From NCBI GenBank assembly GCA_951406725.2, contig OX597818.1, positions 43,152,001 through 43,216,000 of the forward strand: DNA of 64,000 nucleotides, in the 5' to 3' direction. The notes beneath the pieces were generated by a model. It did no database searches. It was not told the DNA's origin and worked only from the letters and a program-made list of their open reading frames with translations. Source of the stretch: Octopus vulgaris. Lineage: Eukaryota. A program made the translations under genes and the position numbers. This document shows, piece by piece, positions 26,702 to 41,884 of this stretch. Every line of letters starts with the position of its first letter. The first letter of the stretch is position 1.

Positions 26702-26966
26702 AGGAATAAAAAATTTGTTATGAACTTCATTAGATCACAGCTGTTTCTACTATAAGATGCAACACAGACATAGTTGAGTCCTTGGGTATCACACTGTAAC
26801 TTCATTGGAGTTCAAATATGGAGTGTAATCTATTTGGGAAAATTTTACATTTATGTATATACACATAAAAGCACTACAAATGAAAAGGCAAACAAATTTA
26901 TAGGAAAGGAAATTTGGGATATATATGTATATATGTGGGTATATATATAAATAATATGTGTGTATG

Positions 26967-27024
<58 letters not shown>

Positions 27025-27067
27025 CACACACACTTGATATACATACATACATACATACATACATACA

Positions 27068-27099
<32 letters not shown>

Positions 27100-27109
27100 C
27101 ATATATATA

Positions 27110-27362
27110 TGAGCAAAACGCCCCCCGTTCAATGGACAGTGCTGAGTTGTCAAACATTTAAACCAAATTTTCTCAAAACAACTTGTCCAACTGTCCCATA
27201 GGCATCCCCTTTGAGAAACACTGATTTAACCTAAATTTGAGACACCAGCAAAAGACGTATTTTGATTGATGTAGTTGTGCGTACAAATGCACGTTCCCAC
27301 GGATGGAGGATGCCCGAGATCCTAGACACACACACAGACAGACAGAACAGATTTTATATAAC
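27110..27362 (-). mobile_element. Second, inverted copy of the Helitron-like repeat with an internal deletion
   Basis: Reverse complement ttatataaaatctgttctgtctgtc...taggatctcgggcatcctccatccg|tgggaacgtgcatttgtac matches 25823-25875 joined to ~25982-26000. Left boundary approximate. Confidence 0.65.
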
Positions 27363-27794
27363 ATATATACACATATATACTTCGATTAGAGGTTGTGTTA
27401 ACCACATGAAGCGAGAATGAGAGCAAGAGTAAGAGAAAGCGAGAGAGATGGTAGCAATATGCCAGGGCATACTCTCAAAATACAAAGATGTGAATATGAA
27501 TGGAATTTTAAAGGGGTGCCCAGGGTGTGTGAGTAGGGGGTTCATGTGACTGCAAAGAGTGGGGAGGTGGGGATGCAGTGTTGGGGGTTTTCCCCCCTAT
27601 ATACCTGGGTAAATAGGGGAGAAAAGACAGGTTAGCAATGATACAGGTGACAGGAAGGACAGGATTAGGGAGGGAGAGATAAACATTTTGCATGAAGAAG
27701 AGAAGATGTGAGGAGGATGTTTGGTTTATTGGGGTAGGGTGTGTGAAAAATTTAATGTTACACGTGGGTGGAACACACACCACTTCCAGAACTC

Positions 27795-27826
<32 letters not shown>

Positions 27827-28339
27827 ATGTGTATATGTTTATTTAAACATGTTGTTACTTAAAATATTCCAAATACATTTAAAAAAAATGAAAATTTAGA
27901 TTCTTTAAAGATATTTCGATGTTTTCCTTTATTTCTTCCATTATCCTGAAAATAATTAAAAAGAAAAAAAAAACTTTTATTAGTTACTTGATATTGTTTT
28001 GCCTAGAAAATAAATAAATATCAAGTATTTGTTTTTGCAATTTGTAAAATGGCACGATATTAAAAACCAAACTGTTCAATAATCTAACTAATAACGGCTG
28101 CTTCTACAACTTATTGAACAGAGAAAAAGAAATACAAAATGTTTGATAAGAAAATTCCTATGTCCATTTAGAAAAGTGATCGACTTGAATGAATTTCATT
28201 GCATATAACTTTATACTTAGTCATTTGTTATATAGTCACATGCTGCCAAAGGCAAGCTGCCAGAGGTAGAACCATCCTCTTTGATCATCTAAACTCATAT
28301 CAAGAACAAAAGGGTCTTTTATAATAATCTGCAGTTTAT

Positions 28340-28480
28340 GTACTGAAGCGAAGGTACATGACCTAGTGGTAGGACATTGCTTCATGTTTATAAGGTAATG
28401 GGTTCGATTCCTGGACTGGGTGGCGTATTGTGTTCCTAAGTAAGGCATTTCATTTCACATTCCTTCAGTTTACTCAACTG
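28340..28480 (+). mobile_element. Degenerate tRNA-derived SINE head (family C-like)
   Basis: ATGACCTAGTGGTAGG...GGGTTCGATTCCTGGACTGGG. Confidence 0.65.
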
Positions 28481-29269
28481 AAATTTAATACAAGTGAAAT
28501 TTCTCTGTACAGCCCTCTCTCTCCCAGGTTTTCACATCCCAGATTGTTTCCCTGGGTTGGATGGATGAGGTTGCTGAGCAGGTGTATATGTCTGCTCATT
28601 GCTACATAGGCATCTAAAACAAATTCATGTACTTGCTGTCAACTCGTACATACTTTCAAGTGACAGTCATTCGTTTATGTCACTATGAACCTGGTGACAA
28701 TGCTTAGATACTTTTGTCATGTTGTAACATCTTCATCATTTTAACGTCCACCTCTTTCATGCCTGCATGGACTGGACAGAGTTTACTTGGTCAGATGCCT
28801 TTCCTGTTGCCAAACCTCACCTGTTTCCAAGCAGGGAAATATTTGCCCATGGTCAAACATGTTCTCACAGAATACTGGAAAGGACACTGCTTATATGTCA
28901 GTGACAATCATTTACAACTATCGTGATGTCAAGATGCAGAGACACAAACACACACACACACATACACATGCACATGTACACAACATACTTTTTTCAATGG
29001 TTACCAAATCCAATCAGTCCATGGTATAGTAGAAGACACTTGCCCAAGGTGCCACACAGTGGGACTGAACCCAAAACCATGTTGGGAAGCAAATGTCTTA
29101 CCACACAACCACAGTCTTAAAATTCTCAGTTGCCTACTTCAGTGATCCTATACATTGAGTCAGTTGTTTTGTGCAACTTCTTTCTCTGGGTATTTTTTTG
29201 TCTGTAAATAATATCTAAATTACTAACCTAAATAAACAAAGTTTGTTTTCTCTACATCTCTACCTAAGG

Positions 29270-29632
29270 GTTTCATAACTCCACCTGTCTAACAGCCGTG
29301 GACATATTTACAAAGTCAGAAAACAGCACAGCTCCCATGACTTTCGGAAACATTTTTTCACGCTAAGAGTTGCTGAAGTATGGAACAAACTGCCGGCATC
29401 ACTTGTTAGTTGTCGGAGCACTGCATCCTTCAAAACTTCCATGCTTCCTGAGATTCTCCAACACTACAACTGATTTTCTCCCCTCCATACACACGCAAGC
29501 ATGTATCTGACTCATACACTGTTCACTTCCCAGACATTTGTACATTACTGCATATGCTTTATATGTACTTTTGACAAGTTGTGGTGCACCTGAGCACTGT
29601 ATACATTAATTACATTATTATTATTGTTATTA
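29270..29632 (+). mobile_element. 3' end of a second CR1-group LINE family
   Basis: Translation SNSRGHIYKVRKQHSSHDFRKHFFTLRVAEVWNKLP (CR1 C-terminal RGH...FF..RV...WN.LP); 3' UTR ends gtggtgcacctgagcactgtataca + (ATT)n. Short tails of the same family lie at 34575-34632 (-) and 38183-38236 (+). Confidence 0.85.
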
Positions 29633-30199
29633 TAAATCACGACTTCCTAAATATATTTGGTTATACAAAATACAACTGAGAATCATTTGAAAGTTACCAC
29701 TTCCATTCATTATTCTTGGCTGCTACCTCTACTACTGTTAATTAATACTATAAAAATATAGAAGGGTATTTATCACTTGCATTAATGCAGTAGTCACTAC
29801 TTTATTTTGTATAGTCAGTGGAGGGATTGACATATTGACAGGGGCAGAGATCAGAGGTATGTAGAGGTGAATATAAAGTGTGATGAATGAGGTGGGATGA
29901 GGTATTGATAGCCGATATGAGAAAGTGTTCAATGGAAAATACAGTGGTAAGAAATGGTATTGAGAATGCAGGGTGTATGACAGGGAGAGGTGGTTCCAAG
30001 GAGAGGGTAAACTGTTAGCACAAAATTGGGGGATGAAATATGTGCATCTCTGTTCTTATAATTAGCAGCTGAGTAAATAGTGTTGTAATTAGAAGAGTGA
30101 TAGTGGGTTGGGTGTGTATGTGTGCGTGTATCACCTGTATCAACCAGACTACTGGATGTTGTTATACTCTGCTGGTCACAATGCACTTCCAATTCTTTC

Positions 30200-30560
30200 T
30201 TGATTTAACCCTTCTTATCTTGAACCAAATTATTTGACTCAATCATTTTTGCATCATCATGGAGGCCTTCTGAGTGTCTTTTTTATCTTATCTCTTGGAG
30301 ACCATTCAAGTTCCCTTGTCTTTAGACCTTATGACATGTCTGGCCCTTTAGAACTTGTGCTTTTGGTATTCTGTGATTCATATTGTTCACTTTGCTCCAG
30401 TCTTGAATTACCAAGTGTGTGTGAACTTTTTTTATTAGTCACGAAGTCTTTAAAGCATTGGTTCTCAACTATTTTTTGCCTATGGATCCTTTTTAATTCC
30501 TATTTTACCTGGGTGAAACTTCATAGCTATTCAATGTTTAAACAATCCTATTAAATATCA
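30200..30560 (-). mobile_element. Highly decayed RTE-like 3' fragment
   Basis: Minus translation includes RARHVIRSKD, resembling WAGHV.R..D; weak. Confidence 0.35.
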
Positions 30561-31687
30561 TTAAGAACTACATAAAAAAAATTAAAATATTTTGTTTAGT
30601 GTAGAAGTACAACCAATTTATTTCACATGCTTTAACATGTAAGAGTTAAAAAAATGTAAATCAATGAAAGACTAAAGATTTTTAATTAGTTGAAATATTA
30701 ACATACTTAGGCTAAATTATCTCTCTTTACTATCTCTGATAAATACATCCATTGAAAGATACAGATCTGATCTATCTTTATATCAATTTGACCAAATTTA
30801 CCAACCTCTCATGGCAGGTGTGTGCATGGGATCTATTCTAACTCATCTTTTTAATCTGTATAAAATGAGTGTGACACAGGATCTTAGTAATTATAAGTCT
30901 CTCTTATTCAATCTATCTGTCCATGCAGTCTCCTTGGATACACTGGTCAATAAGATATTGAAACATAAATTTATGGTCTGTATATTTATCTGGTCTGGTA
31001 AATTCAACAAAATTACTTACGGTGTGGGACTGGTCCTACAAGTGGTATCAGTGACAGTATCCCAAAAAAGCTGACTGAGACCTTGTGCATAAGTCACTCT
31101 TCTTGATACTCTACTACATAGTAAGCTTTACAAATTTTTAAGAGATAGCTTAAGCTCTGATCAAAAGTCTGTCAGAAAGCTTTTGTAGGTCTTTCTTGGC
31201 CATATCTAACTCATCTTCCAAAAACTCATTGTTAATTTTCTCTAATTCTCTATAGAATTCTATGAGAAAATGGCAACACCTTAAGCAGCAAACCCTTCTT
31301 CTTTCTGTTCTTTTGACTTGAGATGAAATGTCCTGGCCTCAAGACAGTTTCTGTGTCAAGACTACATTTATGGATTTTTGTCTAATCTAACTTCACTGAT
31401 CTGCATTTTATGGTTGAAATAGGTTACACCCTTAAATTTTGGAAAGCAAGCTAATTCTCTACCTGAACTAATAAATATTATATCTGAATAACCTTTTCCT
31501 CACCTTTATTGGATTAAATTCACACAAATTCTCTCTGAGAATTCCAGTCTGAATTCATCAAACAGAAGTTAGAGAACAGACTTAAAAGGGCTTTACATTT
31601 CATGATTTATATTCTAGTTTCCTCTCTGTCTAGAATTGCATTGAAAATTGTATTTCAGTCACCCTTACAATAAGAAATGAGATGATA

Positions 31688-32150
31688 CATCATCATCATC
31701 ATCATTGTTTAACATCAGTTTTCGATGCTAGCATGGGTTGGACGGTTTGACCAGGATCTGAGAAGCCAGGAGGCTGCACCAGGCTCCAGTCTGATCTGGC
31801 AGTGTTTCTACAGCTGGATGCCCTAACACCAACCACTCGATAAGTGTAGTGGATGCTTTTTACGTGCCACTGGCACAGGTGCCAGGAGAGGCTGATAATG
31901 ACCATGATTGGTTGGTGCTATTTACGTGCCACTGGCACAGAAGCCAGTCAAAGCAGCGCTGGCATCAGCCACGTTCAGATGGTGCTTTTTACATGCCACC
32001 GGCACAAGTATCACAACTACAATTTCCATTTGATATTTATTTTGGTGTTGATGTACTTGACTCAATAGTTCTCCTCAAGCACAGCAGGTCGCCCTACAAT
32101 CCAAGGTAAGCACAGCAGGCCGTCCTGCAATCCAAGGTACTTTGGATGGG
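31688..32150 (-). mobile_element. Family D / RTE 3' end
   Basis: (CAT)n tail at left, conserved family D body and ggcacgtaaa subrepeats. Confidence 0.8.
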
Positions 32151-32495
32151 CTGGGGCTGTTATGTGAAGCTGTTCATACAAAGTCAAAAACTTTCAATTC
32201 AGTGAAAGAAGCTCACTACTTCATACAAAGTGTATAGACTGGCACTACTCTGACTGCTTTTTCTATACCATTGATATCAACTGCACTAATGCATCAATTA
32301 GAACCAAAAATACTGGAGTAACATAAAGTAGTAAATACCATTTTATTGGAGTAGGTGCTCTTCTTGGATTTAACTTACTGTGTCATACTCAATTGTCATT
32401 AATTGAAGGTCAACTAGTAAGTGTCAGACAGCATAATAATAAAAATGATAATAATAATAATATTAATAATAATAATAATAACAAAAACAACAACC

Positions 32496-32785
32496 TCTTT
32501 TATCTATTTTACTTGTTTCAATCATTTGACTGCAGCCATGCTGGAGCACCTCCTTTAGTCAAGCAAATCGACCCCAGGACTTATTCTTTGGAACCCTAAC
32601 CCTAACCCATACAAGCATACATATATATAACGGGCTTCTTTTAGTTTCCATCTACTAAATCCACTCACAAGACTTTGGTTGGCCCGAGGCTATAGTAGAA
32701 GACACTTACCGAAGGTGCCACGCAGTGGGAATGAACCCGGAACTATGTGGTTGGTAAGCAAGCTACTTACCATACAGCCACTCCT
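32496..32785 (-). mobile_element. SINE family A with an internal deletion containing telomere-type repeats
   Basis: Matches 3832-4226, but ~110 bp is replaced by aaccctaaccctaaccc. Confidence 0.85.
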
Positions 32786-32822
<37 letters not shown>

Positions 32823-35800
32823 TCTATTTATGAAGTTCTAAAATAAGCCACCTGCCACTTTTAGGTGACTTTTCATTGTCCACAGCCTGAGAAATTTTAT
32901 TACTAGTTTTAATTATTGTGAAATAACCCACTTTAATAGAACTGTTAAAGTTCAGTTTTATTGCTTTTTGTGTCCAAAAGGTAGAGAAAAAGGGGTTTTT
33001 TCTTACCTTTTATTTTCCTGTAGCTATTGTAGTTGATAGTTATGATGATTTTTTGGGAAAGAAATTTTAACGTGCCCTTCCTAGCTTGGTTCCATGACAC
33101 AGGAATGTAAAAGGGTTTGAAGGAAAAGAAGAATTTTTTTCCAAGCTGTATAGCCTTTTAAACGAAAATGTCATCTCACCTATTGTGTAGATAATCATAG
33201 TACTTTGAAAAATTTAATCTTCATGTACTGATTGAAAAGTGTGGTTTTCCACTTCAAAACCATTGGAAATTTAAGTTCAACACCACTAACTTACAAAATA
33301 TACATACAGTGTTTTTCTCCTTTATAGAAAGCAGCAACTGGACTAATGATTTTAGTAAAATTTTCTCATCTCTTTCTCTCTCTTATTCTACTAATCTGTA
33401 ATTAGAGATAATAGAGACTGAGAAGTAATTGCTTATATTTCATCTTGGGGAGGTATTGTTGGACTCAGCATTCACATTTGAAATACTTTGGCTGCTTTTC
33501 CTGTGCATTTGAAGTGGCAGGGAAAATAGATATCCTGTTTAATTCCTGTAAGCAAGTTTCTTAAAGTTCAGAAATTTCTGGAAATTTCCATTACAAACAT
33601 AGAACCAACCACCATGTAAATGCTTTCCTACCTTTCCTTTACTTTTTCAACGATGCCATTAAATTTACCAAATTGTTTCAAAATTATCACAAACTTGCAC
33701 ATATTGATGTCCCACTGTTGATCAATGATGGTTATTAGTAATCGTTTATTCATATTCTATGGCTTCAATAGTTTTTATTTTTATTTTTATTTCAACCACT
33801 TTTCATGCCTTCTCTATCACAGCTTTTATATTCCTAAATCTAAAAACTTTTTTTTAAAAGTCAAGGAAGATCATGCAGCCTATCATTCCCCCCACGTTCC
33901 TTTGAAGACAGCCTCCATTTTGTCATCTGATAAACTGGCTATACTATAACATACTAGCACATATAAATTAATGTCTTTTTCTCCATTTCCAAGAAACATT
34001 TTGTGTCGACAACATTACCAGTTTTTGTTGTTAATACTTCAAGAAGTTCTTCATATTTTTTTGCCTGTTCCAGCCATTTTATTATACTTTTTTCCTTTTC
34101 TTGTTACTTTCACTTATCTTCAGCTACTGAAACTTCTTGGCAGCTGACAGCTCTTCCACATCAACTATTTGGCCTTGGGTGGCTGCCATCTTGTCAACAG
34201 TACGCTAGCAGATTACAGCCAACAAAGTTTCTGTCTATTATGATTTACACTTTATGATTTACATTATTATGATTTACACTTTTGTTCAAGTATTTTCCAG
34301 AATAACTGATAGCAGTATTTTTATGTTTAGCTTTTTCTTGTGTCTGTAAAAATAATTGATAGTGGTATTTTTATGTAGAGATTTTACTTGTGTCTATAAA
34401 ATTTTTTATCTCTCCTCGAGTTTGAAGACATCCTTCTGATTGAATATTAAAAATAATTGTTATTTTAATATAAGCATAAAGCCACAGATTTTTCAAGAGA
34501 GAAGAACCAATTTAAATGAGCCTAGTATTTGATCAATATATAGAGATTATATATTGACTTTGGAAATGGGATATATAATAATATAATAATGAATGAAATT
34601 ATTGTATACAGTGCTCAGGTGCACTACAACTTATAAATATAATAATAGAAATACCAGTTTCTAGCATAGACACAAGACTATTAAATTTGGAAGGAGGAAC
34701 GTAAATAATTGTATTAATCCCTACAGAAAAATTATTGTTTCCACCTTATGAATTATTCTAAAGAATTCTAACATTGGCACAAAGCCACGGATATTTTTGT
34801 AAAGATCATACTTTAACCTCACATCATTTGACACAAAGTCGACTCCCTCAATACTACTCCCCCACTTCTGTTGAGGGGTCTTGTTTGTGAATTACCAGGT
34901 GGCCTCACTGGTGCTGGTCTCACGTAAAATGCACTCAGGGTACATTGTCGTGTAGTTGGCATTGGGATAGGCATCCAGCCATAGAAACCATGCCAAAACA
35001 GATAATGGAGCAAAGCACTATCCTCTGGCTTACCAGCTTCTGTTGAACCATCTAACTCATGCCAATATGGAAAATAGATGTTAAATGGTGATAACGAGGA
35101 TTATGGTATAGTTGGCCTTAACACTTGAGAGGTATTTTATTTTATTGACCCCATAATGATGAAATACAAAGTTGACCTCAATGGAATTTCAGCTCAGAAT
35201 ATAAAGGAATGTAACTAATTACTGTATGACATTTTGTTCAATGTTCCAAGAATTCTGCCAACTGACCACATTTTTGTTTTTAATAATTATGATGATTGAT
35301 AATTTCATCTATTAGTACAAGGTCATGTATTCTATGAGAGTATAGTCAATTAAACTGAACCCCAGTACTTTACTGGTACTTATTTTATCAACCCTTGAAA
35401 ATAAAAGGCAAAGCCAATTCCTACGGGATTTGATCACAGACATAACGAAATGAATGTAACTAAACACCACAAGGCACTTTGTATACCACTGTACCGATAC
35501 TGTCATCTGATATGCTTATAATCATTATCGCTGTTGTTGTGAATGATGATAACAGTGATGGTAATGATGGTGATGATGATGATTTTTTTCTTATTTATTT
35601 ATTTATTTATTTATTTATTATATCATACCTGATGTATTCTGACACTTTCATTGACAGGAAATGTTAATGCTTCAATAAATTTTATTCTTGCTTGCTTCTC
35701 TGCTCTACTATATATATTTCATGTAATCTACTTTTGCTTGAAGATTTGTGATTGCATTGTCAGCACCACCTCCACCCCCACCCCACAGTTGCTATAGTTT

Positions 35801-36714
35801 TCTATCACAACCTAGCCTATGTTTCTTCTTTCTCGGTGATCTGACTGTCACCTTTCTTTTTTTCTTTCCTATCTTCCCATGAAGTCTCAGAAATTATGTG
35901 TCTGTTTTATCTATGCAATCCCCTTCTGACTTCTACATTTAAAGAGAAACAAAATCAGAAAGCCTTTCTCACTGGCTCAATGACATGGGAATCAAATGCA
36001 TTGTCTTGAATGACCAAAACAGAATTCAATTATTTGCTGTTAGTGCAATGTTACTCATGCAGTTATTTTATTAGGAGTGCGGCTAGCATAGTTTCACACC
36101 CTCATACAGAGCCAAAATTGCACACTGACAACTCTAATTTTCAAACCTAGCTATCTGGTAGCCATCACAGTCACTTCTATGACCTAACCTTTTGTAGTTT
36201 CTCCTCCAACATTTTTATACTTATTATCATTGTAATTATATTCTTTGCTTATTTGGATCAGACTTGTCTTGCTGACCTTTTGTATGAATCTTAATCAATA
36301 ACAAGCATTCTTTGTTCCACTTCAATTATGCCCTTGGCAAATCATTTTAAATGTATACTCAATGAGGTATCTTTTTCTCAAGTTCTTCTGTTTCCATAAG
36401 CTTAATCTCACTTGTCCGCAGTGATATATCCTCCACTGTGTATGTTTGTATGCTTAATATTTGCATGGATGTATGTCTGCATGAATGAATATGTCTACAT
36501 GTCCAAATGCACGCACACATGCACATGCATACATACATGCATATGTGTATACATTGACATTTAAATATTTGTATATGCGTGTGTGGTTTCATTTACAGCT
36601 GTCTATTTCTACCAGCCTGTCTCTACATGTGTATATGCATACAGATGTGTGTATACACAAATTCATAACATAGATATTCATATGTTTATCTATATGTATA
36701 TTCTTGTGAGTGCA

Positions 36715-37639
<925 letters not shown>

Positions 37640-38791
37640 AGAATGCAATGTCTACATAGAAATCTTACTGTCATTTTGCTAGACAGGATGTACTTGAGGG
37701 TTATTCATACCCTCCTTTAAAATATCAGCACTCTGTCCCCATAGGTTTACTGTGTATGGGAGTAAAGAATATGTACTGCAGTTTTTATTTGCACTACGAT
37801 GTCATATTTGCTACAGCAGGTAATGCTTTTTATCTGCAGAATTGTTCTAGCTCAGTGCCAATAACTGTTTTGTATTGTCTGGAAGCAAATACTCAAAACT
37901 CGAGCTGCTTCAAATAAATGAAGACCCAATAGATAGAAAGAATCATCTATCTCCACTGTTATTGCTGATAGCTGCCACTTTCTAACTGATATTTAGTTCT
38001 TTCAAAGTGTGTGTGTATATGATTGATATGGTGAATGTGTGTCTGTTATGTGATGTTTGCATATACGGTAGTAATAGAGAGTATTCTGCTCATGTGGTTT
38101 CCGTGTATTATACCTAATCAACTTACAATAACAAATCTTTCTTCAGTCAATGCTTAAACAATAATCAAACCCAACCACTGAGCTTGTGGTGCACCTGAGC
38201 ACTGTATACAATAATTTCATTATTATTATTATTATTACTTTCCAGCTTCCTCTTCTCTAAAATGTAACTAGTCATGTAGCTTCTCTACAGCAAGAAACCT
38301 GTTCCGGTTTGACCCTTTTCTCTTATACTTTATCTCTCTGTACTCATTATTCTCCTAGTATAAAGTCCCCAATGCTTCTACTGAGTTTGTGGTCTTGCAA
38401 GTTGCATGGTAACCTCAACAGTGCTGGTGCCAGGGGAAAAGCATTCAGTACATGCTGCATAATGATTGGCATTAGGAAAGGCACCCAGCCATAGAAACCA
38501 TGCCACAGCAGACACTGAAACATGATGTAGCCCTTGGGTCCATCAGATCCTGTCAAACCATCCAACCCATGCCTACATGAAACATGGATGTCAAATGATG
38601 CTGATGATATTTATACTAGTAAGATGTTTCTACCTTTAGATATTTCTTTACAGCTTGGTGCTAAATTTGACCATTTGAGGCCTAAGTGTCTTGATTATAG
38701 ACATAAGAAGTAAGAGTCATAATACAGCACTGGTGATGGAATTCAATGATAGTTTTTTTTATGATACCCAAATGGGGACATGTACATAGTT

Positions 38792-38829
<38 letters not shown>

Positions 38830-39558
38830 ACAAGTTTTTGTCTACTGAACAAAGAAAAGCTAAAATTTCTCTTAAATCACACACTAGCATATTAAAAACA
38901 GCAAAGGGTATACTGGAAATGTAACTTTATATACACAACCACACACACACACAGATATATACATGCACACACACACAACCATATATATATATATCATATT
39001 TTTTTTTGTTTTTTGTGTATTTTGTGTATAAGATGGCTTTTTACCCCCAAAACCTAATGTAAAAATCTGCTTGCATGTGATACACTAAAGGTAAGTACAT
39101 ATATGATATACACAAGCCGTGTATAAATATATTTAAATAAGAATGCACAGTACAATTCATTTGAATGCACTGTAACAATAGTAATACTGCTATAGTAATA
39201 CTTTTTTCTTTCAAAAACATAACTCTTTATAATGTTCCCTAAAAAAATTAAAAAAACAAGTTATCACAATGGATGAGAGTGAAAAAGCTTGTAAATACAC
39301 AGCAATTGCTGTTTAATGCAAAGTAGAATAAGACCATTTTCAGTATTGAAGAATTTCCAGGCCTAACTTTTTTTAACTAATAAAAAACCATTTCTGAGTG
39401 CTTGCCTTGGATTTCAAACATGAAAATGGTTGACCAATCAAAGTACTTAATGCAATTAACATCAGCGATCTCCTAATCAGTTTTTAAGATTTTTATTGGC
39501 TACTCAGCAGTTTGGTATCTGCTTGCAGTCATGTTGGATGCATAACCAAAACTTCAAG

Positions 39559-40185
39559 TACTGTATTTTAGGCATACATACAAAAAAGTTTGTTTCGTTT
39601 TCCAGTCTATTTTTTCACCCACCTCATGATGTCTAAACAAAAGAGGTTGTTATACACAGCTATATTCAAATTAAGTGATTAATCATGCAAAAAAAAAATA
39701 AACATGAAAACAGAGCTGCGGAAGGAAATTTTAGTTCGCCATCAAGAGGGAAAAAAAATTATTTGTTATTGGTTTGATCAAGAAGGAAAATCAAAAATGA
39801 TGAAAGGTAGTAATTGTAATTTTCAAAGGCAATAAAAAAAGAAGACCCAAATTGGCAAGATCTTGAAAATAAACTGTATCAATAGCTTGTGAATCAGAGA
39901 TGGCAAAGACTTGCAATTTCTACAAATATAATAAGTTTGAAGCCAAGAGGGTTGTATGCGATAGTTGTTTAGAAGATTTTACTGGCCATGCATCATGGTG
40001 CTATTGTTTCATGAAACATGAAGATCTATTTATGAGAACCAAGGTGAAAATTGCTCAAAGAATGTCTGATGAGTTTGAGATGGAAATTTGTGTCTTTCAC
40101 AGGATGACTAGCACAAACCGCCTGGTGGGTAGGTGTTCCTGCTTGTGTATATAATATAGTAACGGTGATGAAAGAAAATACGCAG
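39559..40185 (+). mobile_element. Decayed pogo/Tigger-type transposon (N-terminal DNA-binding domains only)
   Basis: TA-CTGTATTTT terminus. Frameshifted translation MSKQKRLLYTAIFKL...HENRAA (Brinker-type DBD) and DLENKLYQ...EDFTGHASWCYCFMKHEDLFMRTKVKIAQRM (CENP-B-type HTH). DDD catalytic domain absent. Confidence 0.75.
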
Positions 40186-41227
40186 TGTATTTTTAGCTTA
40201 AAATAATTGAAAAATATACATATCTCCAAGTAACTCTAAGAGACTCTTCAAAGACAGTGCTTAGCTTTGGTTTCATGATTTTAAATAGATGAGAGATAAA
40301 TTTCTTTCAGAATAGGATTCCATTCTCTCACTGATAAAAGTCACAGAAATATTAGCACCTATTCCAAACAGCTAGGTGAAGTGAGACATAAAATTGTATT
40401 CTGTTCAAATAGACGAAATGCCTACAGCTGATTTGAATTCAACAGTTATGCGATAGAAGTCCAGCATCATATCCAAGCAGCCACTTCTAATATAAGACAC
40501 TGAAAGTCTATGTGTGAATACGCATTTGCATATGTGTTTATGGGTCAGAATTGAGATGATGTGTCTGCTTAAGAAGATAAGCAGTAAATCATTAAGTGCA
40601 TGATAGAAATAGCAGTGTAGATATATAAACAGGGCCATGTGTACCTTGAAGAGGAACTGTCACTGAAGAAATCAGTGCACAGATGATAATTATGCATACT
40701 TGGAAAGAAGCGGTGGCAGTGGTGGCAACAGTGTTGGTGAGGTCATAGTGTAGTTAGATAGTAGAAGTAGTATAGTCTTGTTTGAACCTCTTTAAAAGCA
40801 GGAATATTATAGTTAGTTTTCATGAATATGCTAATACAATTTTTTCCATTTTTTTTCTTTAATATTTTTGGTGTTATTTCTTATATAAATAGTATACTCT
40901 TATTTAAACATGCACAATTTATTTTATAGAATGTTGTTCAAGTTTACCTTATGTATTTACTCAACACTTTGCATAATGCAAACAACCTTTACAAAACAGC
41001 ATACTTTTTTAACAGCTGCTGCTTTATCAAAACTTTATTTTCTCCAGCATTTATATTGAAAATTATTTTCATATTTGCTGAAGTTAGCTTTTCTGCTGAA
41101 TATAAACTGTATGTGTAGTTTCTTTATTTAGATTTATTTTACATTATTAGTTATTAAAGATTGTCACAGTTATGAAAGAAAATGCTAATACACCTGGTCC
41201 CTCATTTAAGGACTCATTTTTCTTTTA

Positions 41228-41338
41228 CTCTCTCTCTCTCTCTCTGTATGTGTGTTTGTATGTGTGTTATACTTTCTCTCTCTCTCTCTCATGCTCTCTC
41301 TTTCTCTCTTTTTCATGCTCTCTCTGTTTGTCTTTTTC

Positions 41339-41392
<54 letters not shown>
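41228..41392. repeat. (CT)n microsatellite
   Basis: Direct observation. Confidence 0.9.
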
Positions 41393-41398
<6 letters not shown>

Positions 41399-41884
41399 CA
41401 CAATCAGACAAGTAGTTATCATTCTATATAGGTTTTTATCTCTCCTCCTCCAGCCACATACATTTTCATATCTATGTGACTAACGTCAACTTTCATGTCT
41501 TTCATTTGATTGGAATTTCTGATAAAAGTAATCTTTATGCTCTAGGTTTAATCTGAAACCTATCCTGCTTCTTTTTATATACCTTTAACCAGAGCAGCAT
41601 ATTTTAACACCAAAGATATTATGTAGAACCAACATAATAATCAGTGCCATACTTAGATGTTCTGGTGCAATGCAATGAAGTAGGTATCAAAACAGCTCTG
41701 TATCAAGAACCAAAATCTTTTGGACTCTATTTAAAGTATGAGTTTCCCCCATCTTTGTGTTATCAAGAAAAGTATTACCAGGTACTTACAGCGTTAAGCT
41801 TCAATAATGATGCCTAAAGATAAGAAATATACTATTTAAAATGAACATCCCTACAAAATAAATACCTTCTAGAATGCCTACTAC

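Noticed and set aside
27500-27780. G-rich tract as a G-quadruplex regulatory element
   Set aside because: G-runs are irregularly spaced and probably part of a repeat; there is no functional context.
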